DNA of 64,000 nucleotides from Candidatus Poribacteria bacterium (GTDB lineage Bacteria; Poribacteria; WGA-4E; WGA-3G). The position numbers were made by a program, and so were the translations under genes. Positions within the stretch are counted from its first letter, which is position 1. Each line of letters starts with the position of its first letter. Location: assembly GCA_965242965.1 (NCBI GenBank), contig OZ251518.1, positions 4,288,001-4,352,000 on the forward strand, written 5' to 3'. The notes below the pieces were generated by a model. That model saw only the letters and a list, made by a program, of their open reading frames with translations. It had not been told where the DNA came from and ran no database searches. This document shows, in pieces, positions 38,301-48,275 of the stretch.

Positions 38301-40206
38301 TAATTCGGACTACTCCGATGCGAGTATCGCCTTGGCGGTAGAATTCGCGAAGAAGTTCGGTTCACATCTGATAGGTTCGCACGTTTACGCCGCGAAAATG
38401 CATGACGTGCGCTTTAAACAGATGGAATACACGCTGCCGGAGGAGTATCAGGACGAGGTAGAACTCGAAAAGCAGCGCCGCATCCATGATACCCTCATCA
38501 CGATGGGGTTGCAACTCATTTCGGATTCCTACCTCGAGGTGATGAAGCAGAAGTGCGCTGAGTGTGACATCACGTTTGAAGCGAAAATGCCAGAGGGCAA
38601 ACACTTCATCAAATTGGTGGAGGACATTCAGGACAGCGACTACGATATGGTGGTTATGGGCGCGCTCGGCATGGGCGCAGTCAAGGATAGCCTCATCGGT
38701 GGTGTTTGTGAGCGCGTCGTCCGGCGCATCACTACCGATACGTTTGTCGTCCGAAACCTTGAACCCTTTGAAGAACAAAACGGCAATATCCTCGTCGGGA
38801 TTGACGGGAGCCCCGAATCTTTTGCAGGGTTGAAAACCGCGCTCCGCATCGGACAGGCGTTTAACAAACCGGTCGAGGCTGTCGGTGTCTACGATCCGTA
38901 TTTGCACTACATCGTCTTCAACTCCGTTGTAAATGTGCTGACAGAGCGCGCCGCGCGCACCTTCCGGTTTAAAGAGCAGGAACAACTTCACGAAGAGGTA
39001 ATTGATACCGGGCTGGCGAAAATCTATCAATCGCACCTCGATGTCTCCCGCGCGATTGCCAAAGATGAGCACGACTACACGCTGAAAATTACATTGCTTG
39101 ATGGCAAAGCTTACGAAAAGATTCTGCAATATGTCCGCAAAACAGAACCGTGGCTCCTCGTCTTAGGCCGTGTCGGTGTTCATAGTGAGCAAGATATGGA
39201 CATCGGTAGCAATGCCGAGAACCTGCTGCGCCTCGCGCCGTGCAACGTTTTGTTATCCAGTCAACGTTATTTCCCGCAGATTGACGTGAAGGCGGAGGAG
39301 ACGCTCGTCTGGACACAAGAGGCATCGGATCGAATGGCGAAGGCACCGCCGCTGGTGCGGGGCATCGCGAAAACGGCAGTGCATCGGTTCGCGATTGAGC
39401 GCGGGCATTCCGTGATTACGGAAAGCGTCATTGACAAGGCGATGGAGGCGATTATGCCGAATCGTTCCTCCGAAAAGTTGACGCGCGTCGCCAAGGATTT
39501 GGCGGAGCAGAAACTCTTGGAATCGGAGGCAGTGAAAACCTACATCTGTGGCGAATGCGGCTATGCAGCGCATGAGCAGGAGCCTATCCAATGTCCGGTG
39601 TGTAGTTCGGCTTCGGAACGTTTTCAGATGGTGGACAAGAGTTCGCTGGAGCACATCGCCGTTGATGAAGGCGGTGCGGCGGAAGAGGAGACGTTTGATG
39701 GCATCCGCCTCAAATGGACAGAACAAGCGAAGAAGGCTTTGCGGCGCGTCCCACGTGGCTATATGCGCAGGAACGTCAAAGCGCGTATTGAGAAATCGGC
39801 GCGTTCGCAGAAAATCGGCACTATCACGAACGCGTTCGCGATGCAAATTATTGAGGATAGCATGGGCGAAGCGGCCGCTGTCCGTGAAGACGCGCCTGAA
39901 CTCCGAGCCGTTGGCGCGTCCACACGCGCACAACCTCAGTCCGAAGCACCTTTGGATAACTTTGAGAGTTCTGTCCAATGGACAGAAGACGCTGTGAAGC
40001 GGCTCAACCTAGTCCCTGCCGGTTTTATGCGGAATATCACGCAGACGCGCATTGAGCAGCGCGCGCAAGAAATCGGCATTGAGGAAGTCACGCTTGACTT
40101 CGCCGCCCGTGTCATTGAAGATGGCAGAAGCCTTGCCAATGAAGTGCTTGGACAGTACTATCAAGGCAGCTCAGATGAAGGGCAGCAAAACGGCGCGTCC
40201 TCTTAA
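38272..40206 (+). CDS. Tandem universal stress protein fused to three PCP_red-like domains and a rubredoxin-like CxxC/CPxC domain
   Basis: KIYVPVDNS and NILVGIDGS USP starts; GSNAENLLRLAPCNVL; three W(T)xxA..R...P...R repeats; YICGECGY...CPVC. Confidence 0.85.
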   Translation: MLKKIYVPVDNSDYSDASIALAVEFAKKFGSHLIGSHVYAAKMHDVRFKQMEYTLPEEYQDEVELEKQRRIHDTLITMGLQLISDSYLEVMKQKCAECDITFEAKMPEGKHFIKLVEDIQDSDYDMVVMGALGMGAVKDSLIGGVCERVVRRITTDTFVVRNLEPFEEQNGNILVGIDGSPESFAGLKTALRIGQAFNKPVEAVGVYDPYLHYIVFNSVVNVLTERAARTFRFKEQEQLHEEVIDTGLAKIYQSHLDVSRAIAKDEHDYTLKITLLDGKAYEKILQYVRKTEPWLLVLGRVGVHSEQDMDIGSNAENLLRLAPCNVLLSSQRYFPQIDVKAEETLVWTQEASDRMAKAPPLVRGIAKTAVHRFAIERGHSVITESVIDKAMEAIMPNRSSEKLTRVAKDLAEQKLLESEAVKTYICGECGYAAHEQEPIQCPVCSSASERFQMVDKSSLEHIAVDEGGAAEEETFDGIRLKWTEQAKKALRRVPRGYMRRNVKARIEKSARSQKIGTITNAFAMQIIEDSMGEAAAVREDAPELRAVGASTRAQPQSEAPLDNFESSVQWTEDAVKRLNLVPAGFMRNITQTRIEQRAQEIGIEEVTLDFAARVIEDGRSLANEVLGQYYQGSSDEGQQNGASS

Positions 40207-40304
40207 ACAGGATTAGTCGTTTGACGAGAAATCAAGAATTTGGTATGCTATTCACGAAGAACCTTGAGTTTAGCGGAAAACCCTCTAACTCTTAGGAGAT
40301 ATTT

Positions 40305-40781
40305 GTGGAACAACCTCACAACACTCCGCGCGACGACGAGCACAAAGACGAAGAATATGTCGCCTTTCCTGGCGGGATTCCAAAGAAGTGGCTCGGTCCT
40401 GCAATGACGCTTCTTTGCGGTGTCGCTGTCGTTTATGTGCCTTGGGCTGTTTGGCAAACGATACGTGTCGGTATCGCTGCTGGCACCCCTGGTGTTCATA
40501 TTGCGAGAGATGTATTTCAGCATCTTGTGTTTTTTGCTGCGGGCATGTCTTTTCTGATTGTCGTCTGTGCGAAGATTTTGGAGCGAGTGATCATGTATTA
40601 CTTACAAGCGAAGAAGCGCATTGATGATGCGGAACGACGCACTGAACAGGAACGCCAACTCCGCTTGCAGCTTGAACAGCAGCTGCAAATTGAACGCCAA
40701 CGCGCCGAGGCAGCTGAACAACGCGCCGAGGCCGCCGAACAACGCGCCGAGGCCGCCGAAAACAAGAAACCTCATGCGTGA
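40305..40781 (+). CDS. Two-TM protein with C-terminal coiled coil (RAEAAEQ repeats)
   Basis: AGGAG RBS before GTG; ERQRAEAAEQRAEAAEQ. Confidence 0.65.
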   Translation: MEQPHNTPRDDEHKDEEYVAFPGGIPKKWLGPAMTLLCGVAVVYVPWAVWQTIRVGIAAGTPGVHIARDVFQHLVFFAAGMSFLIVVCAKILERVIMYYLQAKKRIDDAERRTEQERQLRLQLEQQLQIERQRAEAAEQRAEAAEQRAEAAENKKPHA

Positions 40782-41368
40782 AAATAAACGGCTAGCCGAC
40801 GCATTGGCTGCCACCGGGGCGGTGTCTACTGCGTTCAGACGGTTCACTCAACTCTTTCGTTTGCAAAATAGGGAATCGTCCAGACCGGGGGAATTCGCCT
40901 ATCCCTCATGTGGTTTCCTTGAATTGATACGAAACATGCATAAAATTGTCGTCTGTGCGAAGATTTTGGAGCGAGCGATAATGTATTACTTACAAGCGAA
41001 GAAACGCATTGATGATGCGGAACGACGCACTGAACAGGAACGCCAACTCCGCTTGCAGCTTGAACAGCAGCTGCAAATTGAACGCCAACGCGCCGAAGAA
41101 GCCGAACAACGCGTTGAACAGGAACACCAACTCCGTTTGCAGCTTGAACAGCAGGTGCAAACTGAACGTCAACGCGCTGAGGCCGCCGAAAATGGGAAAC
41201 CTCATGCTGGAAAATAAACGGCTAGCCGACGCATTCGCTTAGGCCGCCACCGGGGCGGTGTCTACTGCGTTCAGACGGTTCACTTGACCCTTTCGTTTGC
41301 AGAATGAGGAATCATCCAGACCGGGGGAATCCGCCTGTTCCTTGAATTGACACGAAACATGGATAAAA
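40557..41368 (+). repeat. Diverged tandem duplication (40557-40944 and 40945-41368)
   Basis: Both copies begin ATTGTCGTCTGTGCGAAGATTTTGGAGCGAG and end GAATTGAYACGAAACATGSATAAAA. Confidence 0.85.
40936..41217 (+). pseudogene. Truncated duplicate of the coiled-coil C-terminus of the 40305 gene
   Basis: IVVCAKILER..MYYLQAKKRIDDAERR as in the upstream gene; lacks the N-terminal TMs. Confidence 0.55.
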
Positions 41369-41446
41369 CGGAGTTCCCCTCTGTAGTTTGCGCTCGCCTG
41401 AGCGCACGAGAATTGACACGAAACATGCTTAAAACGGAGTGGCATC

Positions 41447-42724
41447 ATGAAGACACGTATTTTGAAAAACGGAGTGGCGATGCTCTTATGCCTACTCATC
41501 TTGACGCTCGCGGCGAACAGTTTCGCTGAAAACTGGCCCCAGTGGCGCGGACCGCGCAACGATGGAACGAGCCACGAAACCGACGCGCCTATTCACTGGA
41601 GCCGCACCGAAAATATCAAATGGCGTTTGCCGCTACCCGGCGAAGGTGCAGCGACACCGGTTGTCTGGGAAGACAAAATCTTCCTGACATCCGCCGAAGG
41701 TGAAGCACTCGTTCTGTTGTGCATTAGCACCGATGGGGAAGTCCTCTGGAAACGCACCTTAGGACACGGCAACCGTGTGGTGCGCGGCGGCGAAGGCAAC
41801 TTTGCCGCACCTTCCCCTGCTACCGATGGCGAACACGTTTGGACGTTCATCGGCAACGGTAACCTCACATGCCATGACGTTGAGGGAAACCAACTCTGGC
41901 AGACTAACCTGCAGGAACGCTACGGCACGTTCAACCTCTACTTTGTCATGTCAACCACGCCGCTGCTTGATAAGGACAGACTTTACATCCAACTTATCCA
42001 CAGCAACGCGTGGCTCGTCTTGGCACTTGACAAAACTACCGGTGACGAGATTTGGAAGCATCGCCGCGATAGCGATGCCACCGCTGAGTGCGAACAGGCA
42101 TATACTTCCCCGGTGCTCTATCGCGATGCTGAACGCGAGTTTCTCGTTGTGCACGGCGCAGATTACGTCACAGCGCATCGCCTGGAAGATGGCGGCGAAC
42201 TCTGGCGATGCGGCGGTTTGAATCCCGTCGCGAGTTACAACTATTCGCTCCGTTTCGTCGCTTCACCGGTTGCAACGGCGGGACTCATTGTTGTGCCTTC
42301 CGCGAAAAACGGACCGGTTTTGGGCATCAATCCAGGGGCACAAGGCGGTGACATTACCGACAGCCAGTGGCAAATCTGGAAACTTCCGCAAGGCACGCCG
42401 GATGTTCCCTCACCGCTCATCCACGAGGGGTTAGTCTATCTGTGCCGAGAAAACGGAGATTTGTTGTGCCTTGACGCGAAGACAGGCGAGCGGCTTTATC
42501 GAGAACGCACGCATCGGCATCGGCATCGGGCATCGCCGGTCTCCGCGAACGGGTTTATCTATCTGACTTCTCGCGATGGCGTTGTGAACGTTGTCAAGGC
42601 TGGACGTGATTTTGAAATTGTCGCCACGAATAAGATGGAGGAACCCATTGCGGCATCGCCGGTTATTGCGAATGGGACGCTTTATCTGCGAAGTTATGAC
42701 GCGCTTTACGCCATCGGTGAATAG
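41447..42724 (+). CDS. PQQ-like/BamB-type beta-propeller protein
   Basis: Signal peptide, ENWPQWRGP, repeated SP..../LD..TG...W motifs. Confidence 0.88.
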   Translation: MKTRILKNGVAMLLCLLILTLAANSFAENWPQWRGPRNDGTSHETDAPIHWSRTENIKWRLPLPGEGAATPVVWEDKIFLTSAEGEALVLLCISTDGEVLWKRTLGHGNRVVRGGEGNFAAPSPATDGEHVWTFIGNGNLTCHDVEGNQLWQTNLQERYGTFNLYFVMSTTPLLDKDRLYIQLIHSNAWLVLALDKTTGDEIWKHRRDSDATAECEQAYTSPVLYRDAEREFLVVHGADYVTAHRLEDGGELWRCGGLNPVASYNYSLRFVASPVATAGLIVVPSAKNGPVLGINPGAQGGDITDSQWQIWKLPQGTPDVPSPLIHEGLVYLCRENGDLLCLDAKTGERLYRERTHRHRHRASPVSANGFIYLTSRDGVVNVVKAGRDFEIVATNKMEEPIAASPVIANGTLYLRSYDALYAIGE

Positions 42725-42786
42725 GCATGAAAGGGCAGGGCAGATTTCCATATCCCCCCGACACTCCAAGAGACGAGGAAACGCAA

Positions 42787-43167
42787 ATGCGTCCTTCACG
42801 TTCAGAAGTTGCCAAAATAGGGGAAGCACTCGCTGCGGCGCACCTTAAGGAAAAAGGGTATCACATCCTTGTGCAGAATTACCGCGCGTTCCGCGGCGAA
42901 ATTGACTTGGTGGCGAAGGACGGTAACCGCATCGTTTTTGTGGAAGTGAAAACGCGCCGCAGCCTCAAGTTTGGGCTTCCGCAAGAGTCCGTTACCCTTC
43001 GCAAACAGCAACAGATTTCCAAAATCGCTTTGGCGTATCTACAGGCGCGAGATTTGTTAAATGCCCCCTGCCGTTTTGATGTTATCGCGATTCGCCTGTC
43101 CTCCGGTTTGAAGTTGTTGCATCTTGAACACATCAAGAACGCTTTTGAGTTTCAAGAGGAAAAATAG
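42787..43167 (+). CDS. yraN: YraN family (UPF0102) endonuclease-like protein
   Basis: GE..A...L...GY, GEIDLVA, FVEVKTR, RFDVIAI. Confidence 0.93.
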   Translation: MRPSRSEVAKIGEALAAAHLKEKGYHILVQNYRAFRGEIDLVAKDGNRIVFVEVKTRRSLKFGLPQESVTLRKQQQISKIALAYLQARDLLNAPCRFDVIAIRLSSGLKLLHLEHIKNAFEFQEEK

Positions 43168-43194
43168 GGAAAACGCATTGCTCAGGACGCTTCC

Positions 43195-43590
43195 CCTTAC
43201 CGTAGGCGAAGGTCTGTAGTAGAAGAACTCCCCCTTACCGTAGGGCGAGGGCCTGTCCCTCGCCGTGCCTTGGGCGTATCAAGAAATGTTCTTATTCCCT
43301 TGAAATCGCGGGGGACAGGCCCCCGCGCTACGGTGCGAAACTCGGTTCCGTTTTCATTGCCATCTTACCGTAGGGCGAGGGCCTGTCCCTCGCCGTGCCC
43401 TGGACGTATCAAAAAATGTTCTTACTCCTTGAAATCGCGGGGGACAGGCCCCCGCGCTACGGTGCGAAACTCGGTTTCCGTAGGGCGTGGGCCTGTCCCT
43501 CGCCGCGCCCTGGACGTATCAAGAAATGTTCTTACTCCTTGAAATCGCGGGGACAAGCCCCGCGCTACGGCGAGAAACTCGGTTTCCGTT
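43195..43590. repeat. Three tandem REP-pair units
   Basis: Unit GTAGGGCGAGGGCCTGTCCCTCGCC-spacer-CGCGGGGGACAGGCCCCCGCGCTAC repeated three times. Confidence 0.88.
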
Positions 43591-43643
43591 TTCATTTTTT
43601 TCTCGTATCCTACCGCGCAAACACCCGCTAGGAACAACAAAAA

Positions 43644-44291
43644 ATGTGGTATACCAACAACCAATTCTGGACACCCCGCGCGTTATACCGCTGGGGACAC
43701 AGATTAACAACCCTCTTCTGTAAATGCATGGGACACCTTGAGGCACACGGCATTCAACACATCCCTCGCGAAGGCGGCGTGCTGCTCGTCTCAAACCATG
43801 TCAGTCTACTGGACCCGGTTATTGTCGGCTCCGCCGCGAGTCGTGAGGTTCACTACATGGCGCGGAGCAACGTTTTCAGCGTGCCGGGTTTAGGACAACT
43901 CATCTCTGCCTACAACGCGTATCCTGTAAACAGAGGCGCGCCGGATTTAGGCGCGCTCCGAAAAACTATCTCACTGCTGCAAGAAGGAAACGTGGTGCTG
44001 ATTTTTCCGGAAGGCACTCGCAGCGTTGATGGAACTTTAGGGAAGGCACACGATGGCGCGTGTTTCATCGCGCACCGTGCCGACGTGCCAACGCTGCCTG
44101 TCTACCATAGCGGCGCGGAACAGATGTTGCCGCGGGGGAGCAAACGCCTTCATCGCACACAACTGACTGTAACGTTTGGAAAGCCCATTAATTTTACAGG
44201 CCTAGACCGGTTTGATGTGCGCCGCGAGATGTATCAGCACATGGGCAGACAGATGATGGAAGCAATTGCGAATCTCAGGGATAACTTATGA
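43644..44291 (+). CDS. plsC: 1-acyl-sn-glycerol-3-phosphate acyltransferase
   Basis: SNHVSLLD, FPEGTRS. Confidence 0.9.
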   Translation: MWYTNNQFWTPRALYRWGHRLTTLFCKCMGHLEAHGIQHIPREGGVLLVSNHVSLLDPVIVGSAASREVHYMARSNVFSVPGLGQLISAYNAYPVNRGAPDLGALRKTISLLQEGNVVLIFPEGTRSVDGTLGKAHDGACFIAHRADVPTLPVYHSGAEQMLPRGSKRLHRTQLTVTFGKPINFTGLDRFDVRREMYQHMGRQMMEAIANLRDNL

Positions 44292-45392
44292 TGTCGGATT
44301 CGCCAAAATTACCAACACATCGCCATCTTGGACCTGGTATGTTTTCCCTTCTGCGCGGAGTTTACCCGTGCTGCGCGCCTGTTGAAAGCCGCCACACGCT
44401 GCCAACTCTTCCCAGTGGATTGTCTCGGCACGGATGAAGCCGCGGCCAAAATCGGTGTGAATGACGCTCGCCGCCTCGACCGCTGTCTGTCCCTGCCGCA
44501 GCGTCCACGCGCGGACCTCTTTCGGGCCCCCAGTAAAAAAGGTGATGAGCCCGAGCAATTGATATGAAGTCTGGATGAATCGTGTGAGTGCCGATTCGCC
44601 TAACCCCATCTCTTCCATGAAGACTTCCGCGTCTGCCTCGTCCAATTGCGCGATTTCCATCTCCAACTGCGCCGCAAGCACAATGATTGCCGTGCGCGGT
44701 TGCGCCGCAGCCTCAGCGAACTGTTCCGCAATCGCATCTGCCGCATCTAGTTGCACCTCGCCGATATTCAAGATATGCAGCAACGGCTTCAACGTCAAAA
44801 ACCCGTAACCTCGAATCAATTTTTCCTCGACAGCAGAAAAATCGAGGGAACGGAGAGGCGTGCCGCTCTCCAAAGTCTGCTGACACTTCTCTAAAATTTG
44901 CAGTTCGTTTTGCAGGGCAGCGGACTTTTGGTTCTGGTACTGCTTTCGGAGTCGGGTAAGCCTATCCTCGATTACCTGCAGGTCAGCGAAGGTGAACTCA
45001 AGCGCGACGATTTCCATGTCGCGTTCGGGGTTGACGTTTCCATCAACGTGCGGCACCGTTGCGTCTTCAAACAGGCGGACGACGTGCACGAGGGCATCGA
45101 CGGTGCGCAGTTCGGCGAGCAGTGTCGGCGGAAAAGTGCTCTCGCGTCGTTCAACTTCCAGCGGTTTTTTGGGGCCACCCGCGACATCAACGTAATTGAT
45201 TGTCGCCGGTGTTCCCTTTTTCGGTTTAAGCACTGCTACCAGCCGGTTCAAGCGATAGTCTGGGACAGCGATGGTGCTGAGGTTTGTCTGTTGGCGGCCC
45301 GTGTAACTCCCGGTCTCTGCCGTGGAGCGAACTAAGGCATTAAAAACAGTTGTTTTTCCAACATTCGGTCTTCCGACAATTCCTATTTTCAT
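44286..45392 (-). CDS. ychF: Redox-regulated ATPase YchF
   Basis: GIVGRPNVGKTT, DVAG, ITFFT.G.KEVRAW, IHTDF.RGFIRAE, EGK.Y.VQDGD. Confidence 0.93.
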   Translation of the reverse strand: MKIGIVGRPNVGKTTVFNALVRSTAETGSYTGRQQTNLSTIAVPDYRLNRLVAVLKPKKGTPATINYVDVAGGPKKPLEVERRESTFPPTLLAELRTVDALVHVVRLFEDATVPHVDGNVNPERDMEIVALEFTFADLQVIEDRLTRLRKQYQNQKSAALQNELQILEKCQQTLESGTPLRSLDFSAVEEKLIRGYGFLTLKPLLHILNIGEVQLDAADAIAEQFAEAAAQPRTAIIVLAAQLEMEIAQLDEADAEVFMEEMGLGESALTRFIQTSYQLLGLITFFTGGPKEVRAWTLRQGQTAVEAASVIHTDFGRGFIRAETIHWEELAACGGFQQARSTGKLRAEGKTYQVQDGDVLVILANPTS

Positions 45393-45702
45393 ATTTTTGG
45401 TTTTGCGAGGGGCAGGCCCGCGCCCTACGGGATGTTTCGTGAGTTAGAAACGTTCGCGAGGGACAGGCCCTCGCGCGACGGTGAAACAGCGGTTTTGATT
45501 TGCGTTTGCGAGGGACAGACCTTCGCGCTGCGGTAAAACGGCAGTTCCGATTTTGCGGGATTTTCGATTTTGATTGACACCGTTTGCTAAAAATGCTAAT
45601 CTTATTGATAATAGATTAGGACTTACGTAAATGCCGAGTTCTGCCACCGACGGTATTTGTTCTGCATCTGTCCTACATATTTTAACGAGAGGTGACCGCG
45701 AC

Positions 45703-46083
45703 ATGACAACTCCGAATCGGAAGTGGATTACGAGAGGCTTAACTATCCTCTTAATGCTCATGGTATGCCTTGCGGTTTTGCAATGGTTTATCATCAAAGA
45801 ACTCTTCAGTTTCGGCGCGGACATGGTGAAGGACGCGCTGATAAAACAGGCTCCCGAAGGCGTAGCCCGTGCAGATATTGAGGAGACGTTTGAACGCGTC
45901 AAAACCGCCGGGCAGCAGCTGCCGTTTAGTTTCCTCACCGGGCGAATCAGCCTCGGGAAAATCAGAGACGTTGGCAACTACGCGCTGGAAGCGAATGCAG
46001 ATGAATTCTGGGACGCTGAGGAAATTAACACCCTCCTGCGGATGATGAACGCCTCCGTAGGGTTCAAAGGAAAGGTTGAATAA
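45703..46083 (+). CDS. Hypothetical membrane-anchored protein
   Basis: GAGGTG RBS; N-terminal TM; overlaps/abuts the next gene. Confidence 0.55.
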   Translation: MTTPNRKWITRGLTILLMLMVCLAVLQWFIIKELFSFGADMVKDALIKQAPEGVARADIEETFERVKTAGQQLPFSFLTGRISLGKIRDVGNYALEANADEFWDAEEINTLLRMMNASVGFKGKVE

Positions 46084-46087
46084 CACG

Positions 46088-46840
46088 ATGCAACTCACGC
46101 CACCTTACGAAAAATTCGCCTACGCCTACGATAGGATGATGAAAAACGTCAACTACCCGCGCTGGGCGCGCTATCTCAAAGCTCTTTTTGAGAAAAACGA
46201 CAGCAAACCGCGCCGTATCCTCGACATCGCTTGCGGCACCGGCGCGCTCACCGTCCTACTCGCCACAAAAGGTTATGAGATGACCGGGGTGGACAGAGCC
46301 GCCGGCATGTTGCACATCGCACGCGAAAAGGCGGAAGCGCATGACGTGCAAGTCAACTTCCACCAAGGCGATATGCGCAACTTCCAACTCAACCAGCGGT
46401 TTGATGTCATTCTCTGCACCTACGATAGCATCAACTATGCCATCACCGAAGACGAACTCAGCAGCGTCTTTCAATGCGCTTCAGAACATCTGGAACCGGA
46501 CGGTTTGTTCATCTTTGACATCACGACAGAGCGGAACATCGTTGAGCATTTCCACAACAAGACCTTCGCCGAAAATCACGAGGACTACTCCTACATTTGG
46601 CGGAACAACTATTTCTATCACACCAAAATGTGCCGAACGCACCTGACCTTTTTTATTCGGGACGGCGCGGCTTTCCATCGGTTTGAAGAGATTCATCAGC
46701 AGAAAATGTTTGAGGTGGATACCGTCAAGGCTCTGCTCAAAGCCGCCGGCTACAAAACGCTGAGCATTTACGATATGTATACCTTCAATCGGTGGAACCG
46801 CTATTCGGATCGGATTAATTTTACGACGAGGCTAGCGTGA
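46088..46840 (+). CDS. Class I SAM-dependent methyltransferase
   Basis: FAYAYD, LDIACGTG, QGDMR, DSINY, L.P.G.FIFD. Confidence 0.9.
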   Translation: MQLTPPYEKFAYAYDRMMKNVNYPRWARYLKALFEKNDSKPRRILDIACGTGALTVLLATKGYEMTGVDRAAGMLHIAREKAEAHDVQVNFHQGDMRNFQLNQRFDVILCTYDSINYAITEDELSSVFQCASEHLEPDGLFIFDITTERNIVEHFHNKTFAENHEDYSYIWRNNYFYHTKMCRTHLTFFIRDGAAFHRFEEIHQQKMFEVDTVKALLKAAGYKTLSIYDMYTFNRWNRYSDRINFTTRLA

Positions 46841-46854
46841 CAAGGAAACCCCCG

Positions 46855-47130
46855 GGCCCGTGGCGCGAGGGCCTGTCCCTCGCGCGCGCAACCGAAACCG
46901 CCGTTTCACCGTAGCGCGAGGGCCTGTCCCTCGCGCGCGAAAATCGGAAACGCCGTTTCCACCGTAGCGCGAGGGACAGGCCCTCGCGAATACAGAAGCC
47001 GCCGTTTTACCGTAGCGCGAGGGCCTGTCCCTCGCGAACGTTCATAACTCACGAAGAATCAAGACCAGGAGGTCTCTCCTACCTCGCGAACAAGGCATCC
47101 CGTAGCACGAGGGCCTGTCCCTCGCGAACA
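46855..47130. repeat. REP-like cluster between convergent genes
   Basis: About five GTAGCGCGAGGGCCTGTCCCTCGCG-type units. Confidence 0.85.
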
Positions 47131-47159
47131 CGCAGGACTATGCAAATGAATCGGATCTG

Positions 47160-48212
47160 CTACAGCCCCTCAGCGAGCATATCGCCCACCTGTTCCGTGG
47201 TATAGCCCATGCGGCCGGCACCCAGGTCCTTAATCTTGCCACTTGCAAGCAGGTTGCTGATAGATTTCTCAACCGCCGCCGCCGATTCTGCCTGTCCGAG
47301 GTGCTCTAGCATCATCCCGGCTGCGCCGATTGCGGCGATGGGGTTAATCTGATTTTTGCCGGTATAGCGTGGGGCGGAGCCGTGAATCGGTTCAAACATC
47401 GCGACGCTCTCCGGGTTCAAATTGCCGGAGGCGGCGATGCCCATGCCGCCCTGAATCATCGCACCCAGGTCGGTGATAATATCGCCGAACATATTACACG
47501 TCACGATGACATCAAACCACTCCGGGTTTTTCACCATCCACATCGTCGTGGCATCGACGAGGGTGTGTTCCTTCTTAATATCGGGGAAATCCTCGCCGAC
47601 TTCGTGAAAGACGCGTTGCCAGAGATCATGCGCGAACGTCAGTACGTTCGTCTTATCGCAAAGCGTCAGCGTGTTTTCCTTGTTGCGTTTCCGGGTGAAC
47701 TCAAACGCGTAGCGGATGCAACGTTCCACGCCTTTGTAGGTGTTAATCATTTCCTGAATAGCGACTTCATCGCGGGTGCCGCGCTTGAGGAATCCGCCGA
47801 TGCCAGCGTATAACCCCTCGGTATTTTCACGGACGATGACGAAATCGATGTCCTCGGGGCCCTTGTCCTTGAGCGGCGTAGGCACACCCGGGTAGAGTTT
47901 CACAGGACGTAAATTGATGTAGAGATCGAGTTCAAACCGAACCTTGAGCAGAATGCCTTTCTCCAAAATGCCGGGTTGGACATCGGGATGTCCGATCGCG
48001 CCGAGGTAGATGGCATCGAGCCCGCGAAGCTCTTCTAATACCGACTCCGGTAGCACCTCGCCGGTTGCAAGATACCTGTCACCGCCGACATCGTATTCCA
48101 CGGTTTCGTATTGGAAGCCTGCCTGCGCGGCGGCCGCCCCGAAGACTTTCATCGCTTCGCGCGTCACTTCGGGGCCGATACCATCGCCAGGGATGAGGCC
48201 GATTTTATACAT
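47160..48212 (-). CDS. leuB: 3-isopropylmalate dehydrogenase
   Basis: [45 protein letters not shown]. Confidence 0.85.
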   Translation of the reverse strand: MYKIGLIPGDGIGPEVTREAMKVFGAAAAQAGFQYETVEYDVGGDRYLATGEVLPESVLEELRGLDAIYLGAIGHPDVQPGILEKGILLKVRFELDLYINLRPVKLYPGVPTPLKDKGPEDIDFVIVRENTEGLYAGIGGFLKRGTRDEVAIQEMINTYKGVERCIRYAFEFTRKRNKENTLTLCDKTNVLTFAHDLWQRVFHEVGEDFPDIKKEHTLVDATTMWMVKNPEWFDVIVTCNMFGDIITDLGAMIQGGMGIAASGNLNPESVAMFEPIHGSAPRYTGKNQINPIAAIGAAGMMLEHLGQAESAAAVEKSISNLLASGKIKDLGAGRMGYTTEQVGDMLAEGL

Positions 48213-48275
48213 AAAGTTCCTCCAAAACGGAATTAAAAGTCAAACGTCTTATATTTTACCACATCTGCACCGAGA

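Noticed and set aside
38272-40206. Photosynthesis (bchB) gene inferred from the PCP_red repeats
   Set aside because: Only the short C-terminal domain is present; no nitrogenase-like domain or other bch genes.
40557-41368. DGR template/variable repeat pair
   Set aside because: The differences include indels and are not adenine-specific; no reverse transcriptase nearby.
43195-43590. Three ~110-130-bp repeats as a CRISPR array or coding repeat
   Set aside because: These are tandem REP pairs with near-identical spacers; the overlapping ORFs are translations of palindromes.
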